Part shown: one piece after another, positions 12,791 to 25,600 of the stretch
How positions within the stretch are numbered: position 1 is the first letter of the stretch
Layout: each line of letters starts with the position of its first letter
NCBI GenBank assembly: GCA_000934665.2
Contig: KZ539025.1
Location: 1-43,065, forward strand
Origin: Catajapyx aquilonaris
Taxonomy: Eukaryota
Length of the DNA stretch: 43,065 nucleotides
Direction of reading: 5' to 3'
Notes under the pieces: model-generated
What the model was told of the DNA's origin: nothing
The model's input: the letters and a program-made list of their open reading frames with translations, nothing else
Databases searched by the model: none
Position numbers and translations under genes: made by a program

Positions 12791-14272
12791 TCAACATAAA
12801 ACTATGGCTATTCCAGAATAGTGCACTGTTACAAAATTAAACATGTTCAGTGCCTTACATAGTTGTCATACTACATTGTCAATCAGCACAAGTCAGACCA
12901 GATTGCTAAGAATTACAAAGTCCCAGCAAATGCATGCTGGTCCATGTACACCCAGAAAAAGTTGTTACAACCTGAGAAGGGTACTGAAGTCATAATGGTA
13001 ACAATTTTTAACAATGTAATTACCAATTAAAGGCTTCTGATGTTTGTACCCTCCTTTGGTTGCAGCAAACACACTACGGACATCCCACTGCAAACATTAA
13101 TGAGATTTCTAAAAGTTTGTTCAGTGACATTCAATAGTCACAATGTAAGAATGAAAAACAGCCAATTCTTTCCACTGGAAAGGAATACCTTTGTTTGAAA
13201 TCCTTGACAACTCACAGCATTTCTGTGTGGCTTGCACAGAATGCATTACTTGATCAATATTCAACATTGTAATAAAATATTGCAACATTGCAATTAAAAA
13301 CTACCCCATATTCAATTTCACATTTAGAAAGGCTACAACCATATTACGGATCGAGACCAGCTAGGCTATGTCCATATTTTGACTAAATTAACTTTTGGAA
13401 TGTACTGTGCAACTGAAGGTACATTGTTTCATGCACACTGTCAAGGTAGGGATTATTCCATTCTGATAAATGTGGTCCCCCTCCACCTCTCTCACTACAG
13501 TCTACACCTTCCTGCCTGGTACAAGTATAATCACAATGTTTTCATCATCGGGTGAGCCGAACTTGATCCACTTCTAATACTCCTGTGTTATTATTCTGAA
13601 GTTCCTGAATCATCAAGCCTTTTTATTGTCAGTCTTTTTGCATACTAATTTTAGGATTGGTAAGACATCAAATGAGGATGAAAGATTTCCTCATTCTTGG
13701 AGTCAGCTAATGGTAGTACAGGAAGTACCTGTTTTACGCCAGCAATTGGTTCCAGCAAAATGCGGCGTTAAGTGAAAGGATGCAAAATGAGACAAAATTA
13801 TAATGGAAGTAAATGAGATAGGTTCCAAGATTTCCAAAATTTTCCCTCACACAGTACTTCAATTGCTGTTTTTACTGCTGACTACTTGAAACATTTATTA
13901 TGCACATTAATGGGGGGTTCCAAGTTGAGGGTAATCGGGTTCTGAGGCCTCTTTTCCCTTCTTTTGGCAAGAACTGCAGTAGACGTAGGGTATTTAACAG
14001 ACTTTGGAGAGTGCACACACCAACAATACAGTACTGTATTTATCGGTATACCCAGCCACAAGGCACCACAAAAAACAAAAAGAGCATTAACGGTCGTGTG
14101 TTGGGACTCAGGAGTGTTGCAGGGATGTGTTTATGTTCAGATTGTGTTGTTATCGTCAAGTTTTCCATAATTTTTCAATTTAAAAAATTTAACGTGCCAT
14201 TTTCAAACTGGCATAAAATGGAGCAGCGCAAAATGGGTACTTACTGTACAGATGTTGCCATTCCAAGATGGA

Positions 14273-14406
14273 GACTACAGATTGGTCACTATACGAATGC
14301 AACCGAGGGGGCCAATTTTATTACAGGAATTTTATTACAAACTGTATTCCTTCCTGTAATAAAATTGGCCACTCGGTTGCGTTCATATATTGACCGATCT
14401 ATAGTC
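14273..14406. repeat. Hairpin MITE within the predicted V-ATPase 3' UTR
   Basis: Imperfect inverted arms of about 57 bp (GACTACAGATTGGTCAC...TTACAGGAA / TTCCTGTAA...GATCTATAGTC). Confidence 0.8.
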
Positions 14407-15158
14407 AGTACTATTCTGTGACATTCATTAGCCTACCCTACTACACAAATCAGTGAAAGTGGAAAACTCATGTAACATTATCCATTCTGAATTCTACCCA
14501 CAGGTAAACACTAATGAAAGGCTTTTCATTGGAGCTTGTACATAAATCATTAATGTATGATGCAATCAATAAGCTTACAAGCATTTCTTTATAAAAATTT
14601 TATATTTTAATTCTCCAATTCCACTCCACCTGAGGCTAATTCTGATCACCTTGTGACAGAGGAGGCCTAGTCTCACATTGTCTTATGTGAGAGGGGAAGT
14701 GGTGTCAACAACTTGACCACAGATGTATTCAGTAATTCAGATACTGATATATCAATTTGACACTTGCAAAACCCGGCAGCAGGTCTACTAAACATAACCA
14801 CACATTTAAAAATGGATACCTTTTTACTATGTCTTCAAAGCTTTTTTAAATGTATATTTTAAAACCTTTTCCAGAACCTACAGCAAAAATGAAGTAAAAC
14901 ATTACATACTCCTGGCCCCTATGCTCTTCCAAGTAATCACCTATAACAGCCTTCCTACCAAATCCTGAAATGCTGGAGCATTTCAGATTTTGATATGATA
15001 ACAGATTAGACAATCAATACCTACAAGTATTAAAGGTGCATGCACCTTGAAAAAAGTCAGCAATCACTTGTAAAATTTGTAAATTGATAATAAAATACTT
15101 CACTACTATGCAACTAGTTGCTCTACATTCCCTAATCATTACTATTTTTGTTTTTCAC

Positions 15159-15264
15159 CTACACAGCATCATCTGAGGGTTGAGAAGCTTCTAGGATGGC
15201 ATCAAAGGCAAATGGAGTGAAAGGGTGACCACTGCCAGTGTAGAACTTGCTTTGAAATTCCACC
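15159..15264 (-). CDS. ATP6V0A1: V-ATPase a exon 16 (terminal)
   Basis: [20 protein letters not shown]...DDAV TAG. Confidence 0.95.
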
Positions 15265-16494
15265 CTGCAAGACAAACATGACAAAGATGCACCTCACTTG
15301 TTCAATAATAATGATCCAAAATCCTCACCAGTGCAAACGTAGAGTATGCAGGAAGGCAGACAATCCCTCCATTACCACCAAGATGGCAACAGTCAGAATA
15401 GCCCAGAAGGCAAATATTATCCAGAGCGCAATTCCACCATACCAATATTCCCATGATAGCCCCATGCGCATCACCATGGACCACAGCACCTCACTCAATT
15501 CTACATATAAAAGAAATGTTACTCATTTAATACTGCAGTTCTGCATGTTAATTGACTCACGGGCATGGGCCAAGCTGAGTGCCCAAAGCCGTAGGTATGA
15601 TGCTGTGTGTGAGACTGATCCCAACACAAACTCGATGGTGTGTATGGATTGGTGGATGAAGATTTCACTAAATTCAAAAGGCTCATCATCATGGCTGGAA
15701 GGAGGGGGAGGTGGTGGCTCTACATGAGGAGCTTCTAAGTCCTCACTCATGCTTGGGTGGCCATTCAGGAGCTGTGTGCAGAAAATGGTTATTAACCCAG
15801 ATATGCAGAGCGTCCCCTGTCCCCTGGGACACTTGGACATTTGCTATGTTTTAATTTTTTTGTGCTAGTTCTTCTGCTGCTAAAGAGCTGGCAGAAGTCA
15901 CGGGTTACAGCTAATGATACTTCAGACTTGCTCAGTATTGCTTCAGCTTTTTTAAGATACAGGTGTTTGAATTTTACCTCAGAAAAAATGGCTGCACCTT
16001 CATTTTTTCCATATATGATTAGTAATTAATTCCTGAATATTGATTAGTGTTATGACTTATTTATTGTTCGTAATACTTAGAAATCTTCTGAATGATGATG
16101 TCGATATGGAAATATAAGCATATTTTTTTACTTTCTTTGTCTGAGAGTGGTGTTGAAACCCGATGTCCCCTCTGTGGAACACAAGAGGCAAATGCACCCA
16201 CATTTGGACACGTAAAGTATGTGTGTGGATTTTGCACGCTTTGCTGAACTGTATTTTAATGAATCCATAACCTCCTGAGACCTGATGTCCAATATATTGG
16301 ACATCAGGTCTCAGGAGGATATGATCAAAACAAGATTACATGGCAACTGGTTACCATTGCAACCATGGAAACAATGCTTGATTGTGGTTAATTGTGACTA
16401 AATTACACCCCCTTCTTTGCACAGTCTGTTTCCATGGTAATGCAATCGACAACAATCAATAATTGGTGATATTATAATAATAATAATAATAATA

Positions 16495-16531
<37 letters not shown>

Positions 16532-16651
16532 GTAATATTATATTATTATTGTTATTATTATTATTATATGTAATATTATATTATTATTATTATTATATAA
16601 TTATATGTAATATTATATTATTATAATTATATAATTATATGTAATATTATA

Positions 16652-16683
<32 letters not shown>

Positions 16684-19600
16684 GCTACCCCGTGCTGGAG
16701 CCATTGGCTCCCTTAGGGGGGTGGAATACCACCATTTTTTCATACAAATTTTCTTTCACATTTTTCTCTCTGGTGTAGGGATCAGAATAGGGATTTGTGA
16801 GGAGGGGACACTGGTACAAGTGCGTTGTCTTTATGTTGGGGGTCGTGTGCAGTTCCCCAGGGGGTCAGGTTGCAAGACAACCCCCTAGGTGTGGGTCAGA
16901 AACTCCCCACTGACACGTGACACCGCATCTCCCCATGGATGGGTCAAGGACAGGAAAGGAAGGGGGCGGCTGTGGCCTATTATTTATGGAAGCGACCCCA
17001 GAATTTTCCTGGGAGGACCATGGGAAACCACAGCAAACCACGGTCACGATCGCGGGCCCCGGGACTCGAACCCAGGACCTCCCGATTAGCAGTCGGATGC
17101 CTTATCCACTCCACCAACCTGCTTCGGTGATCATTGGTGATATTATGAAACTATGGATATCGCTGAATGTCATTGTTGCCATGGTAATGTAATCAACAAC
17201 TGTTATAGCCATACTAGGTTACATTTTCCTAGCATCCCATAATTATAGGGAACGGCCACTTTCTTGCAAACAAGCATTAAGAAAAATGTTTTCTCAATGG
17301 CTGTGTTTTGGGAACTAATATTAACTAATAAAAACAAAAAAAGTTCACAAATTCAACAAAAAAAAATCCCGGCATATCTGGGTTAATTTAGAGCAGATTA
17401 TCCATGCCTCAGAAGTTCATATGCTCACCCTTGAGTGCTGTTTGTTATGTTGGCTGCGTAGAATAAAAGGTTTCACCAGCAACATCCATGGAACGCACAG
17501 AAGGGCCAAAATCACCAGCAATGCTTGCAGAGTCGCCTACAAAACCCCCAAGATTAGACACATTTCAAAGCTGTCTGGAAATATGTTAATTTACCTGTCC
17601 GTTGTACATGCTGGCATTGCAAACAGGGGCACGTGCTACATCAGCTTTAAAGAGGACCATGTTGATGAAGACAATCAGGAGTGCAGGTGCACAGTATGGA
17701 CTCTCAGTCTCACCTAAGGAACAAGATTCATGTCATCTACTACCTGTACAATTCTGAACATGCCATCTACTTACCATAACCTGCATAGTAGGACACCCAT
17801 TTGTTAAACATCAAGACACACAGGTAAAAAAAGAGGGACACCATGAAGATGACTTGTGGAATAAATTCACAGTAGATGTTGATTGTCTTTCGGAAGTATC
17901 TGCAGCAACACAATATATTAACTGCTAGCCTATTTCTAACACAGAATATGCTGAGGATCACAAGACTTCACCCATTGATTTGCCACTTTTGGCAATGTAG
18001 GGGAGAAATCTACAGGGTTCCAGGCGAAATGGATGCTTTACAATACATAGTGGTGCAATATGCTATTATCTCTTTCACCTGGTACAGTGGTGAAAATTAA
18101 TGGAGAAGCACAAGTACTGTTTCTGTCTGGCAGCCAGGCGGCGATACTTGTGCTTCTCCATTAATTTACACCACTGTATCCCCATCATCATCAGAAGGGG
18201 GAAATCAACAAGTACACGCACAATCTTACAATCCCACCTATCAAGTATCTGATATTACTTACGTGTGATTGAATATACCAAGAGCAATTCCAAACAGCAT
18301 ATGAATTACACCAATAATGATGGAAATCTTCATCTTGTAAGCATTAAGGAAGGTGATTTTGTTGGATGCCAGCTACAATGTATTAAAAAAGCATGTTCAA
18401 CAAATATCTCACACATGTAAAATGGCTGTCACTTACCGCCCAGATAGGATCCATTCCAAATGGGTAAGGTGTTTGTGTGTAGTCCTTGGCAGGATCAAGC
18501 ATTCGCTCATTTTCAAGTGTCATAGTTTCATTGTCATAATTTGAGTACCAGTGGGAGCCAAAAATGTTGAATGACTTCGAAAAAATGTCATTATAAATGA
18601 GACCAGTGTAGATAGAAAAGAGTCCCATCAACAGAACAATGTATCGGCCACCAAACAAGATAGTCCAAATCTGAAAAGATTTGTGGCATTGAAGTGGGCT
18701 AACATAAGGCTAGCTGACATAGATGAACCAACCTCATTGGTGCTCTTGTGTGTTGAGAGTGACTTTTCCCACAGTACCATCCATCCAGCAAACAAAGTAA
18801 GAATGAGACCATGTCCTGCATCACCAAACATGACAGCAAAGAGGAATGGAAAGGTGATAACAGTGTAAGGTGCTGGGTTGACTTCCCTGTATGTAGCAGA
18901 TCCATAAGCATCTATCAGAGCCTGGAAGGCCTTGGTAAACTTGTTGGTGCGATTGTAAGTGGGGGGAGATTCTGGGGCATCCATACGATTCAGAATAGGA
19001 GGAACTGAACTTCCACTACGTTCCTGTAACAGAGAAAACTTGTTATGCTTCTGCAAGTACCACAATGCAGTGCATTGGTGAGACGTTACTTACTGTTCCC
19101 CTGCGAAGAGCAAACTGAATGGTCTCCAAGTCAGCCACTGGCACCCAGCACTCAGCAATTAGACACTTTTGAGTTACATCCAAGTTGAACAGATTCAACG
19201 TGTGGTATATTGCCTTGATCTTGCAAACTTTGATAAACCAGTTCTTAACACTCTTAGCTGCAGAAACCAATACGCGACGCCTGTGATCTTGAGTTTGTCC
19301 CAGCACCTGCAACCAGAATTACATATTGCAGGCTTGTATTTATGCTGCTTTTTAACACAAATGGTTTACCGTGGTCAGATCATCCAGTCGTGTCATTACT
19401 CCCATGGCCATTTCACGTCTATCAGCAGAAACCTCAGGACATGGGTACAGAGTAGCTCTAAAGCCTTCACAAATTTTCTTTACCCTGGTCTTCAGCTGAT
19501 CACCTTGGAAGAATATGATGAATACTGACTTGAAGACATTGTCACCCTGAAAAGGTCCGTGGTAGTCATATCTGGCAAGTACATTCCCGGCAGCAGTCTT

Positions 19601-22600
19601 ACAGTCACAGGATCCTCCAGATGTGCATCAATTTCGGCCTGTCGCAGAAAGACATTTCCACGGCATGCTCTCCACAACATGCGTTCAAAGGCTGGAATCT
19701 TTTCACGCAATATCACTCCAGCAACAAAGCTGAAAACGTCACGTTCTTTACTTTGTGACACTTAAACCTGGCACATTATCCCTAGGCTATTGTGTGGTCT
19801 CCATTCCCTTCATTACTGACATGCTTGACATGCCTTGTCTTTCACCAGCACATAATGTGTTACATCTCCTTGTATCTTACAGCAATCCACTAATATGGCA
19901 TAAATTATTGCATGCTGCAGTTTGACTCATGTTCCAAATGGCATATTGACTACCGGTAGCAATCTTGTTACTACTAAATCAACTTAATCTTCCCTGCACA
20001 ATCAAGACATTACACTACATTACTAACAAAAAAATAATCATAAATTCCAAGACTGGAATCAAATTTACATGGGGTAAGTCAGGGGATAAAAGCTGTTCAT
20101 AGACAACTTTCTTTCTTTCTTAATGTGATCAGTTCATGCATTAATGGACACTAAAAAAATTCACTTTATTATTGTTGGTACAAGCTGCTAACAAAATTTC
20201 GTGGTATGAGACAAAAAGGTAAACTTTCCCATTCACATGCACAAGTTCCAACACTGTATGGTGGACAATTAAAATGGATGCTAACATAGATGTGCATTAG
20301 AAGCAGCCTTTCTTGATTGCCCATGGTGATTCACTGGCGTTTGGGGAACTTTTATAGGAACATGAAAGTGGATGTCATTCAAAAAATTATAAGTGTCAGT
20401 GATGCTGGCAGTGGCTTGAATGACATTCCTATGTCAGCCTGCATTTCATACAGCCAAGCAGGGCTGGTGAAAGACCTGGTGTGGGTGTGGAGCACTCCCC
20501 ACCCAAATGATTCCGCATGGGGAAATTCCCCACCCGAAATCGGGGAGCAAATGGTCAAACGAAAAGAAATATCAACAGAAAAAAATTGTCATACTCGTTT
20601 TTCGGTCCTGAAACGTCTGAAAAATTATCTTCGAACAACGATGTCCCCAAAACTGATTGAACGACGTAACAATGTTGCATATTTATTACGAAGAGGTCGA
20701 CAAACTTGATGATTAACAGTTAATCGGCGAATTTATATCGAAAAATTCGAAAGACAGTTCTGTATTCGCACTTTCTCGCAAATAAATGAAAATCATTTTT
20801 GGTAATATTGCGCTTACTAATTTTTCCTATTATCATTGCACTTGTTTTACACTTCGAAAATGAGATTCCCCCCCGGCCTCTCCCCTACTTATTACTCACC
20901 ACCCGGGCTGAATCTGTTTCACCAGCACTGCAGCCAAGAGCTTGATACACCCCTGTCTATTTAATATCGTGTTAACACATTGTACCCCATTCCCCTATAT
21001 AAGTGCACACAATTCTCCTCTCATAATTCAGCAGTTGCCACAAACTAGCTGATCGATTCACTGTGCTCATTTTGTGCAACCCGTTACTGTAGTTCAAGAA
21101 ATCCCCCATCATTTGCATGTCTTTCAAAACACTACAAATATCACTTACCAGTCCTCATGTCTGACAGTTTACAGCAGGGGTATTCAACTAGTTTATGACA
21201 AGGTCCAGTATTTACCTTTCCTGGGCCATTGAAGGTCTCTTCCCCTCCCCCCCCCCCCCCCNNNNNNNNNNNNNNNNNNNNNNNNNNNNNNNNNNNNNNN
21301 NNNNNNNNNNNNNNNNNNNNNNNNNNNNNNNNNNNNNNNNNNNNNNNNNNNNNNNNNNNNNNNNNNNNNNNNNNNNNNNNNNNNNNNNNNNNNNNNNNNN
21401 NNNNNNNNNNNNNNNNNNNNNNNNNNNNNNNNNNNNNNNNNNNNNGGGGGGGGGGGGGGGGGGGTTCAAGGTCACAAGAGCTTAGGTGAATGCGGAAGAT
21501 TTGAATGAGCATGTATTTGATGAAATTGGTAGCACTTCTTCCAAAAAAATCATGAATTAGTAATTTATCATGATATTTCAAACTGTACTGTATATTGTCG
21601 CGGTCCGGACAAAATTGCGTCGCGGTTCGGATCCATCTGCCAGTTGAATAGCCCTGGTTTACAGCAACTGTCATGTCATTAAGGGACAGTTACATGATTG
21701 AGAGCAAACCCAGAACAAGTGATAAATCCTATGCTAATAGCAGATTAATCTCGTTCTGTATTTATTACTGATGACACGATAAAGACCTAAAACAGCTCTT
21801 CAAATACCAGTGAATTCCATTGTGTGCAATGTTCTTTACAACCAGGAACTTCTGCTTGTAATTCACAAAATTTAGCATCAGGTCCCTCCCTTTAATATGG
21901 GAATTTCATGCATGTGCTTCCTATACTGAATGAGACATGGACTGACAAACAATAGATTCCCATGTGTTGTGGCAGGCAAGACCTACTGTTGTAACAATGT
22001 GTGATAGAACAGTACAACCCTGTTTGTACAGCATTATGCTACACACCCCATCAAGGGAGACCTATTCCATTTTCCTTCTGAGTAACACCTCAGCTGGCCA
22101 TCTCTGCGCAAAATCCCTCCCATCACTTTCATAGAAATGGTGATATAAATGTTGCAGACAGATGTGGCATTAAAAAGCCCAACTGCCTGTATCATCTTTC
22201 TCCATTTCCATGCAAGTGATGGGGATTTATGCAGAGATGGTCAGCTGAGGTGTGATTGGTAATGAAACATCTTGGGTCTCCCTTGTTAGGGCCTATGCTG
22301 GCCTATCTACATGATTTTGTTGCTTGTGTAGAGAGCAGGATTTATGCTTGGTATCACTTACTGTGCAGTACATGACCTTACAAATTAATCACCTCATGTT
22401 CAGTAACCATTACCACACTCAACCTGTTCTACAGATAACCATTGAATATGCACAGGTCTTTTGGCCTTCTAACAGCTGCATTGTTCATTGTTGCCTGTGT
22501 CTAGGCTCTAGGTTATGGGTAAGGCAAATGTACATTGCTGTCTTTGTCATTACTGGCTAGTGCCTTAACATTACTCCCACCTACATTTAGACTTCTTTTG

Positions 22601-25600
22601 GCTCAAGGAATACACTGGTGGCTGAACGTCCTGCTAGCTAGAAACACTTTGAATAGCATGGCACCCACATGTTGAATCATTTTCATTCACCAAAGCCTAC
22701 TTTGCATGCACAACTTGCCCAATGTATTCACATGATCAATCTGTTTAATTTCTTATGAGGCTATCCTGTTACTATTAACAAAAGGCATTTAAAAGATTCT
22801 GGGACCACTTTATATTTCATGCTTTAAATATGCCCCAAGTTTTTAAAGCAGGCCAGCTTCAAGTTGCTTCAGCAGATAGCTATACAGGTTAAAGGGAAAC
22901 TAGCAGACAATCACCAGATAGACTAATAGTACTCGCAAAACTAATATAGGGATGTGCAATTAGTTTTGAGCGCCGTTGCATAGTTAATGCGTATGGTGCC
23001 TTTAAAGCGTAGAGGGCTGGATTGTAAAATATGAGGTAAAAACGACAAAGTGCACAGGTGTCGTACCCGCATTCTTACTCTGACAGGATTTGATCACCTA
23101 TTGCACATGGACGATGCATGAGTGAACCAAGGTTGGATTGTTGAGAGGCCCTCAAGCTGACATTTGCTTTCTTGAAGCAGGCGGAATGAATGTGACGTCA
23201 CGAAACTTTGACGGCGCCCATACACATTAACTACACAACAGCGCCCAAAACAACTTGCACATCCCTATGTTAGTTTTCCGAGTACTATCAGTCTACCTGG
23301 CGAGTCCACGAGCTTCCGTTCACCCTATATAATAATTTTTATGACTTGGAATGACACCGGAAAAACCTCTGAAAGGCCAAACCAAAGGATATGCGGAGGA
23401 CTTTCTCCTATGATACCAGTACTGTTGCCTCATCCTCAACTGGTTGCACAAGTTTAACTTTTTCTGCATGATTACACCTTCAGAAATAAATCCTCATTGA
23501 AAAAACCCACCAAAGTTTACAGGGCAATAAACAGGAATTTATCCAGCACAGTTTTAATAATGAAGCAACACTTACAATCTGGGAGACAAGGGATGTGGGA
23601 ACAATATGGATACCATTGCATAAGCCCTCTGCCTTATCCCCATCCAGGCCTTTCCCAAATTTACTTCCAGTGCCTTGACAATCTCATGGAAATTATTATG
23701 CAGGTCCCCACAAAAGCAACTAGAAAATGGCTTTCTTTAAATATCCCCAACATGTATGCACAGTACTTGACATAAAATGGACCCAGAACATATTAAATGC
23801 AGTTTGTGCAGGTTATTCCAAAGCACCTGCAATTATTGAGACAGTTATTTCTGGCACTTGTAATAACATTATTTTGAAAGTAAACTACTACGGCAATAAA
23901 GAAGGTAAAATGTGCTAAATATCAGGTATACAGGGTGTTTCTTATTAGTATGTCATCATCAGCAGGGCACTCGTTAGTTCAAAACCAGTCCAAAATGTAG
24001 GGGTGAGAAATGTCAAGGGACGAACTGGTAATGAGTTATACAACAATACACATTGACCTGCCCCTAAATAAGTCAAAATTGTAGGGGGGAGAAATGTCGA
24101 GAGACCAATGGGTAACGAGGTCGACAACCAGACACATTGGCCTACCCCTAAACACGTGACAACACACACCACACCTTGCTGTAGGGAGATCACCTGACAG
24201 ATCTGACGTCCCAAGCAAAAACCATGTGTATGTGCAAAAACCATGTATGTTCAGCGAAGCATACCACTGCACTCCCCTTTATGCGGCCTACATAATGATA
24301 CAAACCTCGTTTCTCTACGAGTCTCCGTTGCAAAGTTAGGGGCATAGTAAAACCATGTATGTATATCATTTTCAATGGAAAGTGAAAACTTCAAATGCGC
24401 TTATCTTGAAATGATAAAAACCACGCATACAGGGTTTTTGCCTGGGGCGTCAGAGATGGACTCACTCACCTAGCAATAGTTGCTTAGGGAGCAAGATATG
24501 CGAGTGATAATAATGACTGTTGGGATTTTGTGAGATCATCTCTTTAGCATAAGTGATTATCACACTCATATCCTGCTCCCTAGGCAACCACTGTAAGGTC
24601 CATCTGTCCGGTGATTTCCCTACAACAAGGTATGGTGTGTGTTGTCGCATGTCTAGGGGTAGCCCAATGTTACTGGTCGTCTACCTCGTTACCGATTGGT
24701 CCCTCGACATTTCTCCCTCCTACATTTTTTACTTGTTTCGGGCCAACAACACCTGTACATATGCAGGAAGATGGAACCATTTTGGGCAAAAAATTAAGTG
24801 CAAAGGGGGAATTCCTGTAAGTAGGCCTAATAAGGCAAAAAAAAACTGGGGTTGAAACTGAAAATGGGTTTCATGTTGTATAATTTGGATCCTATTTGGT
24901 AACTGAAATGAAGGCAGATGTGGAGTCAAACATGCAAATCTACAGAATAACATAATGGAAGACACATGGCAATAGACCTATATTACTCAGTTTTCTAACC
25001 TCTTTCCAACTGGAATTCCCCATGCTTATTCTTAATTTTTTATTCAAATTGATTCATCTATAGTCCTAATGACACTGCAAAAATTAATTCTGATAAGACA
25101 ACAAGATGAGTTTTTCCTATCATCTGACTTATCTTCATCCAGAATAAAAATTATTGCAAGAGCCAAAAAGAACCAGTTCAAAAATGTCAAAAACTTAGGA
25201 ATACCCTACATGACAGGTAAGTGGATCGGCAATGTGATGTGCATGTGTTACTTAAGTACATACCCCAGCTGCACAGGGCCAGCCCCGGCCTGAGGAATCA
25301 CAGCATCCTCACTAATGAGATTTCCCGTCAATGAATCCGAATGTTCACCTGCCTCACGCTGGTTGGCACAAAAAATAAAAAAATCATGTCAAACGTCAAC
25401 TTGTGCACATAAAAACTAATCATCACACATACATACATAAGGTTCCACTTATAGTTGGATAAATTTGAGCTCTTCCAAATGAAAATTAGCAGAACCAATC
25501 AACAGAATGAACAACCTAATATCGAGTTCTCTTCAGACACACACAAAACATACAATTCACTACACAACACACTACTGGGTAAAAACCGGATATGAAGGCA

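Larger units (their letters stand above)
15796..17382. mobile_element. piggyBac-like non-autonomous element filling V-ATPase intron 13
   Basis: TTAA-CCCAGATATGC ... GCATATCTGGG-TTAA; removing it leaves a 70-nt intron, or 66 nt after collapsing one TTAA. Confidence 0.75.

Noticed and set aside
17060..17125. tRNA gene on the - strand
   Set aside because: It has no proper acceptor stem and continues into a SINE body with tail and TSD.
21141..21674. Poly-Pro/Gly ORFs
   Set aside because: These are artefacts of homopolymers and the N gap.
23066..23160. Another exon-4 candidate ending GG|gtacga
   Set aside because: It has an in-frame TAA and lies inside a MITE.
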